64,000 nt of DNA from Arsenophonus sp. (GTDB lineage Bacteria; Pseudomonadota; Gammaproteobacteria; Enterobacterales; Enterobacteriaceae), in NCBI GenBank assembly GCA_031446165.1, contig CP132905.1, positions 548,659 to 612,658 of the forward strand, in the 5' to 3' direction. The notes under the pieces are model-generated. The model did no database searches and was not told where the DNA came from. It worked only from the letters and a program-made list of their open reading frames with translations. How positions within the stretch are numbered: position 1 is the first letter of the stretch; each line of letters begins with the position of its first letter. Position numbers and translations under genes: made by a program. Shown here piece by piece: positions 1 through 12,292 of this stretch.

Positions 1-180
1 TTACTAATAAAATAATACCTAACAAAAAATAAAGTTAAATTATCAATATATCATTCATACTCATAGATTCCTTCTCATCATAAGAATCTATTAAATTTTA
101 ATATAAAAAATTTAATATAATAAATATTTATCACATGGTGAAACATTTAATAGCTTTTTCTAAATTTTTTTATACTACGA

Positions 181-230
181 ATAAAAAATAATAAAACCCC
201 TTTGTAATACAAAAATACAATTGGGGTTTT
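181..230 (-). terminator. Rho-independent terminator of rnpB
   Basis: On the minus strand, AAAACCCC (230-223) pairs with GGGGTTTT (200-193). An inner TTGTA/TACAA helix extends the stem. It is followed directly by TTTTATTATTTTTT and lies immediately 3' of the RNase P RNA. Confidence 0.7.
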
Positions 231-628
231 ATTGCTTAAAAGTTAACAATAAGCCGGGTTCTGTCATGGACAACCATTCATCTAGGTTAAATACTCGCGC
301 ATTAACTCGAGCGACCTACCCAGGTTCAATACGGGCCGCATTTATTAATGAACCTCTATTTGGCCTTGCTCCGGGTGGAGTTTACATTACCACAAACTTG
401 TTACCAATTGTGTGGTGTGCTTTTACCACACCTTTTCACCCTTACCTGTTGCACTATTTCAAAAATAGTTATCGGCGGTTTATTTTCTGTTGCACTAGTC
501 GTAGGATTACCCTCCCAGACGTTATCTGGCACCCTGCCCTAAGGAGCCCGGACTTTCCTCTATTTTTTTATATATTTTTTTGATTACAATAAAAAATAAA
601 AAATAGCGGTTGTCTAGCTAACTTTAGC
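231..628 (-). ncRNA. rnpB: RNase P RNA (M1 RNA, type A)
   Basis: The reverse complement carries the conserved blocks GAGGAAAGTCCGGGCTCC, AGGGCAGGGTGCCAGATAACG, AGTGCAACAGAAA, AACCGCC, GGTAAGGGTGAAAAGGTG, GTAAACTCCACCCGGAGCAAGGCCAAATAG and ACAGAACCCGGCTTAT, in the same order as E. coli M1 RNA. The 5' and 3' ends can pair as P1. It is a GC-rich island in an AT-rich context. End coordinates are approximate to about 5 nt. Confidence 0.93.
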
Positions 629-634
629 TTTTAA

Positions 635-663
635 ATTATACATGTTTTTCTAAAATTTTAAAT
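635..663 (-). promoter_or_regulatory. Possible sigma70 promoter of rnpB
   Basis: On the minus strand, TATAAT (640-635) lies 7 nt upstream of the G at 628, where homology to the M1 5' end begins. A TTTAAA/ATTTAA -35-like hexamer lies 16-17 nt further upstream. Such matches arise by chance in this AT-rich DNA. Confidence 0.3.
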
Positions 664-681
664 AAATATTTTTAATATTTT

Positions 682-1521
682 TTATATCTTGTTATTTTCA
701 ATTGCATACTTATATAAATATTTTTTTTTTAAACCATACACTTCTGCAGTGATGGATGCTGCCCTTTTTAAGGGTAATGACTCTCTTAATAAGATAAATG
801 TTTTGATAACATTTTTTGAAATATGATTATCACATTTAGGTATTTTATAACCCTCAATGATTAAAACAATTTCTCCACGAGCTCTATTTTTGTCAATTTT
901 TACCCAATCTAATAATTTTTTTACAGGAAAACCATGAATAGATTCCCATATTTTTGTCAATTCACGTGCTAAAATAACATAACGTTCACTTCCTAAAATA
1001 GATACCATATCCACCAATGTATCTAATAACCTATAAGGTGATTCATAAAAAATTAATGTTCTAGTTTCATAAGCTAATTTTTTTAATTTATTTTGTCTAC
1101 TATGAGATTTTGATGGCAAAAATCCTTCATAACAAAAACGGTTTGGGTTAATACCAGAAGCAGAAAGGGCAGCTATTGCTGCACACGATCCTGGTAGGGG
1201 CACTACTCTAATTCCCATTTGGTGACACCTTTTTACTAAATAAAATCCGGGATCATTAATTAATGGGGTTCCTGCATTAGAAACTAATGCCACATTCTTT
1301 TTCTGTAATTGAGTAATTAATTGTTCTGTTTTATTTTTTTCATTATGAACATGAAAAGAAATTATATGCGTATTAATAGAGAAATGTTGTAACAATAAAC
1401 CTGTATGCCGAGTATCTTCGGCTGCAATAAGATCCACGTTTTGAAGAATCTTTAATGCACGTAAAGTAATATCCTCCAAATTACCAATAGGAGTAGGCAC
1501 AATATATAATATAGATGACAT
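682..1521 (-). CDS. rsmI: 16S rRNA (cytidine1402-2'-O)-methyltransferase
   Basis: 279 aa. [42 protein letters not shown] and RFCYEGFLP are collinear with E. coli RsmI (YraL). Confidence 0.93.
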   Translation of the reverse strand: MSSILYIVPTPIGNLEDITLRALKILQNVDLIAAEDTRHTGLLLQHFSINTHIISFHVHNEKNKTEQLITQLQKKNVALVSNAGTPLINDPGFYLVKRCHQMGIRVVPLPGSCAAIAALSASGINPNRFCYEGFLPSKSHSRQNKLKKLAYETRTLIFYESPYRLLDTLVDMVSILGSERYVILARELTKIWESIHGFPVKKLLDWVKIDKNRARGEIVLIIEGYKIPKCDNHISKNVIKTFILLRESLPLKRAASITAEVYGLKKKYLYKYAIENNKI

Positions 1522-2694
1522 TTTTACCTCTATAGGATAATAAACTTTACCGTTGATACACTAAAAAATAATGTTATATTAAATTTTGTAATATTTTTTA
1601 TATTATTTAAATATATACAATTTTTGTAAAAAATTAACAAACATGTTTTTAAAATGAAATTAATATTACTCTGTTTTTGTGCATGAATGCCTGTTTCTTT
1701 AAAAATTATTTTTTATTGAATATTTTTATAAAAAAACATATGACAATATTTCATAAAAAAATATATATGTGATGTTAAAAAAAATCTTTTTAAAATAAAT
1801 TACTGATTGATAATCATATCAAAATAAAAATTTATAAAACACAAAAAAAATTTAATGTTATTAAATTTAAAAAAATAATGCTTATCATTACAAATAAGAA
1901 TTCATAACTATTTTTACAAAAAAAAAACGATAATGAGAAAAATATTTTAACTTTAAAACAATATCTTAAAAAATAAAAAAAATTATTGATAAAAACATTT
2001 TCAATTTTACATATTTTATTTATACAAAATAATTAAAAAATTTATATATTTTTATAATTATTTTGTACTTATGAAAAATAATGAAAACATAGAATTAATC
2101 ATTTTTTTGTAAAACAAATTTATAGTTTAAAAATAAATGTATTATAAAATGTTATTGCTTATGAGAAAAAATGTTCTTGATTTATATTTATCTTAAATTT
2201 CATAAAATATAGATACTTTAAAACAATAAAATCTAAAAAATAAAACAATAAATAATCTTAAGCATAGGTTATAAAATATAAGATTATATTCATAATATTT
2301 TTACTATTTTATAGTAAAAATATTTCATTTTAACAAAATGTTTTTAATAAAAATCTCATTGTATATAAAATAAAACGATTTATCATAAAAAAATCTTGTA
2401 TTTTTCTATAAAAATACATATTGTTGTAATTAAAATTAAAAATGTAAAAAAAATCAAAATATATGTATCTTTATTAATATAACTTTTTTACATTTTTTTT
2501 GTTAAATCATATAATATTTCTTAATTCAACTAAATTAATTTAAGAAATAAAAATTTCCAAAAAAATAAAATTACTTAAAGTTAACATTTTATTTTTTATA
2601 ATATTTTTGTTATAAAATATAAATTTTAAGATAATAAGTTACTTTCAGTAACTATGATTACATTTATTTAAAATAATAAAAAATAGGCCTTAAA
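1522..2694. other. ORF-free AT-rich spacer (syntenic slot of lpoA/yraN)
   Basis: No ORF of 60 aa or more on either strand. It lies between rsmI and diaA, where E. coli has lpoA and yraN. I saw no recognisable relict. Confidence 0.5.
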
Positions 2695-3273
2695 GTGTTG
2701 AAGAAAATAAAAGCTTTTTTTATAGAAAGTATTCAAACACAAATTTCTTCTGCAGAAATATTACCTTATTCTATTTCTGAAGCAGCAAATATAATGGTGC
2801 ATGCCTTATTAAATGGTAATAAAATTTTATGTTGTGGAAATGGTGGTTCAGGAATTATTGCACAACGATTTACAACTAGTATGATTAATCAATTTGAAGC
2901 TGATCGTCCAAGCCTGCCTGCATTATGTCTCAATACAGACAACATTATTTTTAATTCTATTAATAATGGGCAAAAAGAAGAAGCATATGCTAAACAAGTA
3001 CGAGCACTGGGTCAATCTGGTGATATATTATTTGCGATCTCCACAAAAGGAAAAAATCGTTTTATTATAAAAGCAGTAGAAACAGCATTAGTATGTGATA
3101 TGACTATTATAGCATTAACAGGTTGTGATGGAGGAGAATTAGCCGGATTATTAGGAGAAAAAGATGTAGAAATACGTATACCTTCTAAAAGGAGCATTAG
3201 AATTCAAGAAGTTCATTTATTAACAATTCACTGTTTATGTGATTTGATCGACAATACACTTTTTCCACATTAA
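2695..3273 (+). CDS. diaA: DnaA initiator-associating protein DiaA (SIS domain)
   Basis: 192 aa with a GTG start. [43 protein letters not shown] and the C-terminal [12 protein letters not shown] closely match E. coli DiaA rather than GmhA. It is followed by dolP, as in E. coli. Confidence 0.88.
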   Translation: MLKKIKAFFIESIQTQISSAEILPYSISEAANIMVHALLNGNKILCCGNGGSGIIAQRFTTSMINQFEADRPSLPALCLNTDNIIFNSINNGQKEEAYAKQVRALGQSGDILFAISTKGKNRFIIKAVETALVCDMTIIALTGCDGGELAGLLGEKDVEIRIPSKRSIRIQEVHLLTIHCLCDLIDNTLFPH

Positions 3274-3291
3274 AATGATTCAATAACTATA

Positions 3292-3867
3292 ATGAAACCA
3301 TTATCTTTTTTACTAATAATATTATTTAGTGGTATTTTAATACAAGGATGCCTTGAAACTACTGTAATAGGTTCGGCTGCAATTTTAACAAAAAGTGTAA
3401 CTGATCCAAGAAGTATAGGACGCCAAATTGACGATGGAACATTAGAAGCCCGTGTTATATCAGCACTAAATAAAAATAAAGAAATAAGAAATAATACACG
3501 AATTATAAGTACTGCTTATAAAGGAAGCATTTTATTAACCGGACAAACACCGAAATTATTTTTAAGTAAACTAGCTAAAAAAATAGTCGTAACAGTAAAA
3601 GGAGTTGAAACTGTTTATAATGAAATTCGTATAAAACAACCTATTAATTTTATACAAACTGCAAAAGATACATTAATAACTATTCAAATAAAACTCAAAA
3701 TATTTTCCAATAATTTAATAAAATTATCAACAGTAAAAGTACTAACAGAAAACGGTGAGGTATTTTTATTGGGTATTCTTTCTAAAGAAGAAGGAGAGAT
3801 TATTGCAAAAATTGCAGGTGAAATACAGGGTGTAAAACACGTTTTTACAGGATTTACTTATAACTAA
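3292..3867 (+). CDS. dolP: BON-domain outer-membrane lipoprotein DolP (YraP)
   Basis: 191 aa with a signal peptide and lipobox LIQGC. TDPRSIGRQIDDGTLEARV matches the E. coli YraP N-terminus. Syntenic with diaA. Confidence 0.88.
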   Translation: MKPLSFLLIILFSGILIQGCLETTVIGSAAILTKSVTDPRSIGRQIDDGTLEARVISALNKNKEIRNNTRIISTAYKGSILLTGQTPKLFLSKLAKKIVVTVKGVETVYNEIRIKQPINFIQTAKDTLITIQIKLKIFSNNLIKLSTVKVLTENGEVFLLGILSKEEGEIIAKIAGEIQGVKHVFTGFTYN

Positions 3868-3964
3868 AAATTATTATTTTTCTAAAAAAATAAAATACAA
3901 TTTTTATATCAACTATATAGATACACTATTATATGATTTATTGGTATTTAGTGTTACTACGTTA

Positions 3965-3984
3965 AACTACATTTAACTACATTT
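3965..3984. repeat. Perfect tandem duplication, 10 bp x2 (AACTACATTT)
   Basis: Read directly from the sequence, in the spacer between dolP and sspB. Confidence 0.8.
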
Positions 3985-4333
3985 ATTTATTAAAAAAAAA
4001 TCCCTGATTGTCATTAAAACATGATTTATTTTGTAATCAACAAAATTTTTTTTATTAAATAATTATTGATAATATTTAATAAAAAAATAAAAAAATTTTT
4101 AAATGTTTTTTAACTTATAAAAAAACATTTTATGATTCATAAAAATAATATAGTTATATCATTTATCTTATGTGTAATTAAGAATATACATATACTTTCT
4201 TGTAAAACATAAAAAGTTTTTTGTAAAAAACTTTTTATATCGTATTTTATTTTATAAATTTTTATATAAAATTTTATTATATGAAATAAAAAACATACCT
4301 TTTTTTTATATATTTTTCAATATGTCGTAATTT

Positions 4334-4825
4334 TTATTTAATGATACGTATTTTTGTTTTTCTTTCATTTAATGAAATAACAGATTTTTTATCAACAAGT
4401 GTTTTTAATGTATTTATTTTTTCTTGATTTGATAAAAAAATATCCTTTTTATTATTATTTATTAATTTTAATTTTTTAATTTTTTTAGTTATAACATCTG
4501 TATTAAACTGATATTCAGACTCATTTTCAAAAATTATGCCCTCTCTATTTTCAGTAGAATAAATAGCAATGATAGCTAAAACAGGTACTTCGATATAAGA
4601 AACCACACCACCAAAACGGGCATTAAATTTTAATATATCATAATTCATCTGAAAATTTTCTACTGCAGAAGGTTTAATATTTAAAATAATTTGCCCATTT
4701 TTTGCGTATTCCATAGGTATTTTCACACCGAAAATATTTACATTTATAATAACATAAGGTGTCATATTATTATCAATAATCCAATCATAATATGCTTTCA
4801 ATAAATAAGGACGACGCGGTAACAT
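4334..4825 (-). CDS. sspB: Stringent starvation protein B (ClpXP adaptor)
   Basis: PRRPYLLKAYYDWIIDN, PMEYAKNGQIILNI and FNARFGG match E. coli SspB. I chose the ATG at 4825, which has GGAG 9 nt upstream, over the ORF-track TTG at 4840. Confidence 0.9.
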   Translation of the reverse strand: MLPRRPYLLKAYYDWIIDNNMTPYVIINVNIFGVKIPMEYAKNGQIILNIKPSAVENFQMNYDILKFNARFGGVVSYIEVPVLAIIAIYSTENREGIIFENESEYQFNTDVITKKIKKLKLINNNKKDIFLSNQEKINTLKTLVDKKSVISLNERKTKIRIIK

Positions 4826-4840
4826 TGTTATATACTCCAA

Positions 4841-5479
4841 CTAATTTTTTATAAAACGCATTTCACGTTCAGCTTCAGTTAATGAAGTAAGAAAAGAATC
4901 TCTATCAAACACATTGTTCATGTAAGATCTAATACCTTCAGTTCCTTTGTCTTGAGGTATGTCAATATTCCAAGCGGGCAAACGCCACAGAAAAGGTGCC
5001 AAACAACAATCTACTAAACTAAATTCCTCACTCATAAAAAATCGCATCTCTTGAAAAATTGGAGAAATCGATATTAATTCTTCTTTTAATTTTTTTCGAG
5101 CAGAATAAGATTGAGAATCTTTGTTTTGAATTTTATACATTAAAGAATACCAATCTTTTGCAATACGGTACATCATTAAACGAGTATTACCACGAGCAAC
5201 AGGATAAACTGGCATTAATGGTGGATGAGGGAACCGCTCATCAAGATATTCCATTATGACTCGAGCATTATATAAAATTAATTCCCTATCTACTAATGTT
5301 GGGATTGTTTGATAAGGATTTAAATTAACAAAATCTTGAGGTAAATTATCTTTGTCAACATTCTCAATCTCAAAATTTACATCCTTTTCTGCCAATACAA
5401 TTCTTACTTGATGGCTAAATATGTCATTTTCACCAGAAAACAGTGTTATCACCGAACGTTTATTAGCAGCAACAGGCAT
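4841..5479 (-). CDS. sspA: Stringent starvation protein A (GST-like)
   Basis: 212 aa. MPVAANKRSV.TLFSG, HQVRIVLAEK and PYQTIPTLVDREL are collinear with E. coli SspA, immediately upstream of sspB. Confidence 0.95.
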   Translation of the reverse strand: MPVAANKRSVITLFSGENDIFSHQVRIVLAEKDVNFEIENVDKDNLPQDFVNLNPYQTIPTLVDRELILYNARVIMEYLDERFPHPPLMPVYPVARGNTRLMMYRIAKDWYSLMYKIQNKDSQSYSARKKLKEELISISPIFQEMRFFMSEEFSLVDCCLAPFLWRLPAWNIDIPQDKGTEGIRSYMNNVFDRDSFLTSLTEAEREMRFIKN

Positions 5480-5744
5480 GAAAACCTCCAGATTGATAAA
5501 ATATACACAGACATTACATAAAAAAGAATATAATATTTGATTATTACATACTGATATAAATATAAGTATTTTATTAAAAATATAATATATATTTATTCAG
5601 AAACTGAAATATAAATTTCATTTTTTAATCTAAAATAATTAAAATAAATTATTTACCAATAATTACTAAATACACAATTTTACTAAACATCCCGGCTTGA
5701 AGCCAAAGTTTTTAGTAAATGCTTATCGATCCATGCATAAAAAA

Positions 5745-6137
5745 CTAACGTTTAGAATATTGTGGACGACGACGAGCTTTTTTAAATCCAACTTTTTTTC
5801 TTTCAACAGAACGGGCATCACGAGTAACAAAGCCCGCTTTACGTAATTCAGGACGCAACAATTCATTATATTCAATCAATGCTCGTGCAATACCATGACG
5901 AATTGCACCTGCCTGACCAGAAATACCACCACCTTTAACAGTAATGTATAAATCTAATTTTTTATACATATCAACTAATTCTAATGGTTGAAGAATAATC
6001 ATTCTTGCTGTCTCACGACAAAAATATTGTTCTATAGTACGTTTATTAACAATAATATTACCACTGCCAGACTTCATAAAAACACGAGCAGAAGAATTTT
6101 TTCGGCGACCAGTGCCATAGTATTGATTTGTAGTCAT
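5745..6137 (-). CDS. rpsI: 30S ribosomal protein S9
   Basis: 130 aa. [13 protein letters not shown] and the C-terminal [12 protein letters not shown]. Confidence 0.97.
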   Translation of the reverse strand: MTTNQYYGTGRRKNSSARVFMKSGSGNIIVNKRTIEQYFCRETARMIILQPLELVDMYKKLDLYITVKGGGISGQAGAIRHGIARALIEYNELLRPELRKAGFVTRDARSVERKKVGFKKARRRPQYSKR

Positions 6138-6169
6138 ATTTTATATATCCATCTTTCTTAATTTTTTCT

Positions 6170-6598
6170 TTAAATATTAAGCAATTGCGGTTTTTGTGCT
6201 ATTTGTTCATAATGATTATCTGCATAAACTTTCATTTTTGAATACATAGCACGACCGAGAGGTCCTTTAGGTAACATTCCTCTAACAGCAATTTTAATAA
6301 TTCTTTCAGGGTAACGAACAATCATTTCTTTAAATGTTGTTTTTTTTAGACCTCCTATATAACCACTATGGCGATAATATATTTTATTTTCACGTTTATG
6401 GCCAGTGACAAGAATTTTTTTTGCATTAATAACAATAATATAATCTCCAGTATCAACATGAGGAGTGAATTCTAATTTATGTTTTCCACGCAATCGTCTT
6501 GCAATTTCAGTTGCAAGACGACCTAAAATTTTTCCATTCCCATCAATAATATACCAATTACGTTTTACGGTTTCTTGCTTAGCTATAAAAGTTTTCAT
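6170..6598 (-). CDS. rplM: 50S ribosomal protein L13
   Basis: 142 aa. [28 protein letters not shown] and HSGY.GG, upstream of rpsI. Confidence 0.97.
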   Translation of the reverse strand: MKTFIAKQETVKRNWYIIDGNGKILGRLATEIARRLRGKHKLEFTPHVDTGDYIIVINAKKILVTGHKRENKIYYRHSGYIGGLKKTTFKEMIVRYPERIIKIAVRGMLPKGPLGRAMYSKMKVYADNHYEQIAQKPQLLNI

Positions 6599-7870
6599 GA
6601 AATGATACCATCATATAAATTATATATTGGAAATACTTATACTTTATGAAAATGTTTTATTTATCTAAAACTTATTGTAAATTATGAATACTACGATAAA
6701 TAAAAAATTAACATTAATTGTAGATTTATTAAAAAATTAGAATTTTTGTAATTTAATTACCAGACATTATAATAAATTTTTATGCAAAAATCGATAAAAT
6801 TAAGTATATATATTAAATAAATAAACAATATTTAAAATAAAGAAAATATTTTTTAGAAAAATCTCTTCAAGATTTAAACATGATAATTTTTTATGTTATT
6901 TTTTTAAACATTAATGATCTATCAATTAATCCTTATATAAATTACTGCTATAATAGTAAAATCTTTTCTGTAAAAAATTCTCTTCAATAAGATATAAATG
7001 TAAACTATATCATTTCAATAATACATATTTTTCTTATCAGCATTCAAGTAATATTTTTTCTTTATATGTTATTCCGTCTTTTTTATTATAATAAAAAATA
7101 AATCTTTATTATGAATATTATTGATATATATAAATCAATAATATTAAATTCTAGATCATATAAAAATATCGCCGATATTATGATATTCAATCATAATTAT
7201 TTAGATATAATATAAAAAGTAAATTTTTTTCAATGCTTTTTTAATTATAATTATAGTATATGCTTATATTATTGTAAGAATTATAAGTACTATCAGTATA
7301 ACTGTTGATAAAAATATTTTTATATTATACTTAAGGGGATCATGACATTATATAAATAATACAATTTTACAATTTTTTTATTTTTTTACATAAAATCTTT
7401 ACAATAAAAATACTTTTAACATTAACCAATAAAACTGAAATTTTGAAAATTAAAATCTATATTTAAAAAATATGATAAAAATCATTAATATATCATTAGC
7501 TCATTCATAAAACATTGCTAAATAATATAAACGCTATATTAGTAAAATATATGTAATTATATAAATATAATTAGTAGCTTTTATTAAAATTATAAAAAAT
7601 ACATAAAAAAATTTTTGAGTATTTTTTAATATGTTTATATTAGATAATAATCAAATATCTATTACTTATAATAAATTCTTTAGAAAACATTTTAGAAAAG
7701 AGCTAATAAGCAACTAAAATAAAATTTCTGAAATAAGAAATAAGATTTTATGAATTATTAAAGTTATTTTAATGTTTTAAAAATAATTTAATATTATATT
7801 TTTAATTATATATAGCTCACTAAGAATTCAATTGCCTTAATAAATTAAGGTATTTAAGAGAAATAAATTC
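6599..7870. other. ORF-free AT-rich spacer (syntenic slot of zapE/yhcB)
   Basis: No ORF of 60 aa or more. It lies between rplM and degQ, where E. coli has zapE and yhcB. Confidence 0.5.
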
Positions 7871-9295
7871 ATGAAAAAAAAAGAAAAACATTTTTTAAAT
7901 ATATTTACGATAACTATAATTAATTTTATATTTATTCTACCAACAGTAACTTATTCTGCATTAATACCACCATCAGTTACCATATCACCTGAACAAAAAT
8001 TATCTAGTCTAGCTCCTATGTTAGAAAAAGTACTACCTGCTGTAGTTAATATTCGTGTATCTGGGACACGCGTTCAAAATCAACAATTGCCAGAAGAATT
8101 TAAATTCTTTTTTGGACCAAATTTTCCTTCACAACAAAAAAGCATTCGTCCTTTTGAAGGGGTAGGCTCTGCTGTTATTATTAATTCAGAAAAAGGTTAT
8201 ATTTTAACTAACAATCATGTTATTGACAATGCTGATAATATTCAAATTCAAGTTAATGATGGAAGAGAAATTGAAGTAAAACTTGTTGGTCGAGACTCTC
8301 AAACAGATATTGCTCTATTACAAATTAAAGATTCTAATGAAGAAAATTTAAGAAAATTGAATTTAAAAGCTATAAAAATTGCTGATTCTGATAAACTACG
8401 TGTTGGTGATTTTGCTGTTGCTGTAGGTAATCCTTTTGGATTGGGACAAACAGCAACATCAGGGATTATTTCTGCATTGGGTCGCAGTGGTTTAAATCTA
8501 GAAGGTTTAGAAAATTTTATTCAAACAGACGCTTCTATTAATAGGGGTAATTCAGGTGGTGCATTAGTTAATCTTAATGGTGAATTAATTGGTATCAATA
8601 CTGCTATTTTAGCACCTGGGGGAGGTAATATCGGTATAGGTTTTGCTATTCCATCAAATATGGCAAAATCTCTTAGCGATCAAATTATTAAACATGGTGA
8701 AGTAAAACGGGGAGTTTTAGGAATAAAGGGAACTGAAATGACTTCTGATTTAGCTAAAGCCTTAAATATTGATGCACAAAAAGGTGCATTTGTAAGTGAA
8801 GTAATACCAAATTCTGCTGCAGATAAAGCAGGTATTCAACCAGGTGATGTCTTAGTATCTATTAATAATAAATATATTAATAGCTTTGCTGAATTAAGAG
8901 CAAAAATTGGTACCAGTGAAATTGGTCAAAAAATGATGATTGGGTTATTACGTAAAAGAAAAGCTTTACAAGTAAATGTAACATTAGAAGATAGTAACTC
9001 AACAAGTACAAAAGCAGAAATTCTAATGACATCACTCATGGGTGCAACGTTAAGCAATAATACAAGAAAGGGTACAAAGGGGGTTCAGGTTGATAGTGTT
9101 TCTTCTAATTCACCTGCAGCAATGCTTGGTTTAGCTAAAGACGATCTTATTATTAGTGCCAATCAACAGAGAACAGAAAACATTAATCAATTACGCAAAA
9201 TCATTGCCAGTAAACCTACCGCACTAGCATTAAATATTTTACGTGGTGATCAAAATATTTATTTATTAATTCGTGGTAATAATATATTTAATTAA
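7871..9295 (+). CDS. degQ: Periplasmic serine endoprotease, HtrA family (DegQ-like, two PDZ domains)
   Basis: 474 aa. LAPMLEKVLPAVV, PEEFKFFFG, DKLRVGDFAVAVGNPFGLGQTATSGI and NLEGLENFIQTDASINRGNSGGALVNLNGELIGINTAILAPGGGNIGIGFAIP match DegQ better than DegP. The position after rplM matches E. coli degQ. Confidence 0.9.
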   Translation: MKKKEKHFLNIFTITIINFIFILPTVTYSALIPPSVTISPEQKLSSLAPMLEKVLPAVVNIRVSGTRVQNQQLPEEFKFFFGPNFPSQQKSIRPFEGVGSAVIINSEKGYILTNNHVIDNADNIQIQVNDGREIEVKLVGRDSQTDIALLQIKDSNEENLRKLNLKAIKIADSDKLRVGDFAVAVGNPFGLGQTATSGIISALGRSGLNLEGLENFIQTDASINRGNSGGALVNLNGELIGINTAILAPGGGNIGIGFAIPSNMAKSLSDQIIKHGEVKRGVLGIKGTEMTSDLAKALNIDAQKGAFVSEVIPNSAADKAGIQPGDVLVSINNKYINSFAELRAKIGTSEIGQKMMIGLLRKRKALQVNVTLEDSNSTSTKAEILMTSLMGATLSNNTRKGTKGVQVDSVSSNSPAAMLGLAKDDLIISANQQRTENINQLRKIIASKPTALALNILRGDQNIYLLIRGNNIFN

Positions 9296-9320
9296 TTTAT
9301 TTTAGAAATTCAAATATAAA

Positions 9321-9357
9321 CAAGTGCAATTTTGATGATTGTACTTGTTTTTCTTTA
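9321..9357 (+). terminator. Rho-independent terminator after degQ (possibly bidirectional, with murA convergent)
   Basis: A 10-bp stem, CAAGTGCAAT/ATTGTACTTG, with one G-U pair and a 7-nt loop, followed by TTTTTTCTTT. Confidence 0.6.
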
Positions 9358-9655
9358 AATAAAAATTTTCTCGCGTATTTTATAACATAAAATACATAAT
9401 ACAAAAAACAAAACATATGTTATAAAAAAATACATTTTTGTAACTTTAATTATCAGAAAACATTAATAAAAAGTGTTAAAAAATCTGCTACAGAAAATAA
9501 TCGCATTTAAATTTTAATGACGTATCACACATTTATTCTTCATAATTTTTTAGGAATTTATAACAATATTAAAATATTTTTAGTACAATATAATTTTTTA
9601 TGCGTAATTAATAATAAATTATATAAAAATTCTTATATATACGTAAAATTAAAAT

Positions 9656-10960
<1,305 letters not shown>

Positions 10961-10990
10961 TTATTATTAAAAAAGTTTATTGTTTTTAAA

Positions 10991-11251
10991 TTATTTACAT
11001 TCACAAATTTTTGACCATTCAATTGGTGTATAAACTTTAATTGATAATGCATGAATTTTATTGTTTGTAATATATTTCGTTAATGGTTTATAAATTATTT
11101 GCTGTTTTTGAACCGCAGTCATACCATAAAACATTTCACCAACAACAATCACTTGAAAATAATTCCCATTACTTTTAATAATTACTTCATCAAGTTTTAA
11201 TGTTTTTAATAATAATTGTTTTATTTCATTTTGAAATTTATCTATAGCCAT
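10991..11251 (-). CDS. ibaG: BolA-family acid-stress protein IbaG (YrbA)
   Basis: FQVI.VGE.F.GM..V.KQQ.IY.PL and IHA.SIK.YTP.EW match E. coli IbaG. I preferred the ATG at 11251 over the TTG at 11263. It lies between murA and mlaB, as in E. coli. Confidence 0.85.
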   Translation of the reverse strand: MAIDKFQNEIKQLLLKTLKLDEVIIKSNGNYFQVIVVGEMFYGMTAVQKQQIIYKPLTKYITNNKIHALSIKVYTPIEWSKICECK

Positions 11252-11315
11252 AATTGAACTCAATTAGCAAGTTAAAATATTATTAATATTTTATTGTAAT
11301 AAACCATCAAAATTA

Positions 11316-11597
11316 TTAAATCATAAAAGTTTCTAACTTGTAGAGTTTAATAAGTGTTTTTAAATGTTCACTCATTCCTTCAATAAGTAACTTATTAGTA
11401 TTTTTTTTTATTTTTAATCTGACTAACATTGCAAGACCAACAGAATCAATATGAGATAATAAAGAAACATTAATTGTATTTATATCTTTCAATAATTTAT
11501 TTTTCTGTTTCCAAAAAAACATTAAAGTATCTCTATTTAATATACCATTTAAAATTAATGTTGTATTATTTTTATGCCAAGTTAACATGCATTTCAT
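11316..11597 (-). CDS. mlaB: STAS-domain phospholipid transport protein MlaB
   Basis: 93 aa. The call rests on position downstream of mlaC and on size. The sequence resembles E. coli MlaB only weakly (..DSVGLA.L..L, .L..LYKL). Confidence 0.75.
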   Translation of the reverse strand: MKCMLTWHKNNTTLILNGILNRDTLMFFWKQKNKLLKDINTINVSLLSHIDSVGLAMLVRLKIKKNTNKLLIEGMSEHLKTLIKLYKLETFMI

Positions 11598-11618
11598 GTT
11601 TTATATTCCACATATTTT

Positions 11619-12245
11619 TTATTTTCCATAAACAATATGATTATTAGTTCTATTGATTAATTCTTCTGTCAAACCATCAATACCTTTATTACGTAATAAA
11701 TTACCCCATTCATTTTTTTTAGTAGTAATAAAACTAATTCCTTCAGTAATCATATCATAAGCCTGCCAAAATCCTGTTTTGCTATTTTTGCGCCATTGAA
11801 AATCAAGATAAACAGGTGAGTATCCTTGTGGATCAACAATAATAACACGAACTGAAACAATATTTTTATTTCTTAATGTTTTTTTTTCTGGTGAAATGTT
11901 ATATTTTTGCCCGTGATACATCATTAACATTTGCCCATAAGATTGCTCTAAATATGCTTCTATTGCTTTAAAATACCTTTCCCGTTGAAAAGGAGTAGCA
12001 GTAGTATAATAAGGCCCTAAAATTAATGCACCTACATATTTAATATGTACATAAGGCATAAGTTCCTCGTGAACAATCTTGCGTAAGTAATCAGGATTTT
12101 TATTAATAATATATTGTTCATTTTTTAATCTTTTCAATGTATTGGAGATAACTTGTTCTATAATTTCATATGCATTTGATTGATCCATTGCCATTGCAAA
12201 TGATGTCAGAAATAAAAAAATTAGTATTAGTAACTGTTTTAACAT
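11619..12245 (-). CDS. mlaC: Periplasmic phospholipid-binding protein MlaC
   Basis: 208 aa with a signal peptide. The position in the mlaFEDCB operon and the size match MlaC. Confidence 0.85.
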   Translation of the reverse strand: MLKQLLILIFLFLTSFAMAMDQSNAYEIIEQVISNTLKRLKNEQYIINKNPDYLRKIVHEELMPYVHIKYVGALILGPYYTTATPFQRERYFKAIEAYLEQSYGQMLMMYHGQKYNISPEKKTLRNKNIVSVRVIIVDPQGYSPVYLDFQWRKNSKTGFWQAYDMITEGISFITTKKNEWGNLLRNKGIDGLTEELINRTNNHIVYGK

Positions 12246-12292
12246 AAAATAAATTCCTGGTGTTTTAATATTTTATTTATCTTGAATACTTG

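Noticed and set aside
63-91. The hairpin ATAGATTC-N13-GAATCTAT near the window start, as a possible terminator of an upstream gene.
   Set aside because: The stem is only 8 bp with a single G-C pair at each end and no adjacent T-run. The neighbouring gene lies outside the window, so no function can be supported.
221-583. ORF-track entries 221-583 (+, 120 aa) and 348-542 (+, 64 aa).
   Set aside because: Both lie entirely inside rnpB, antisense to it. They stay open only because this RNA gene is GC-rich. The peptides resemble no protein I know.
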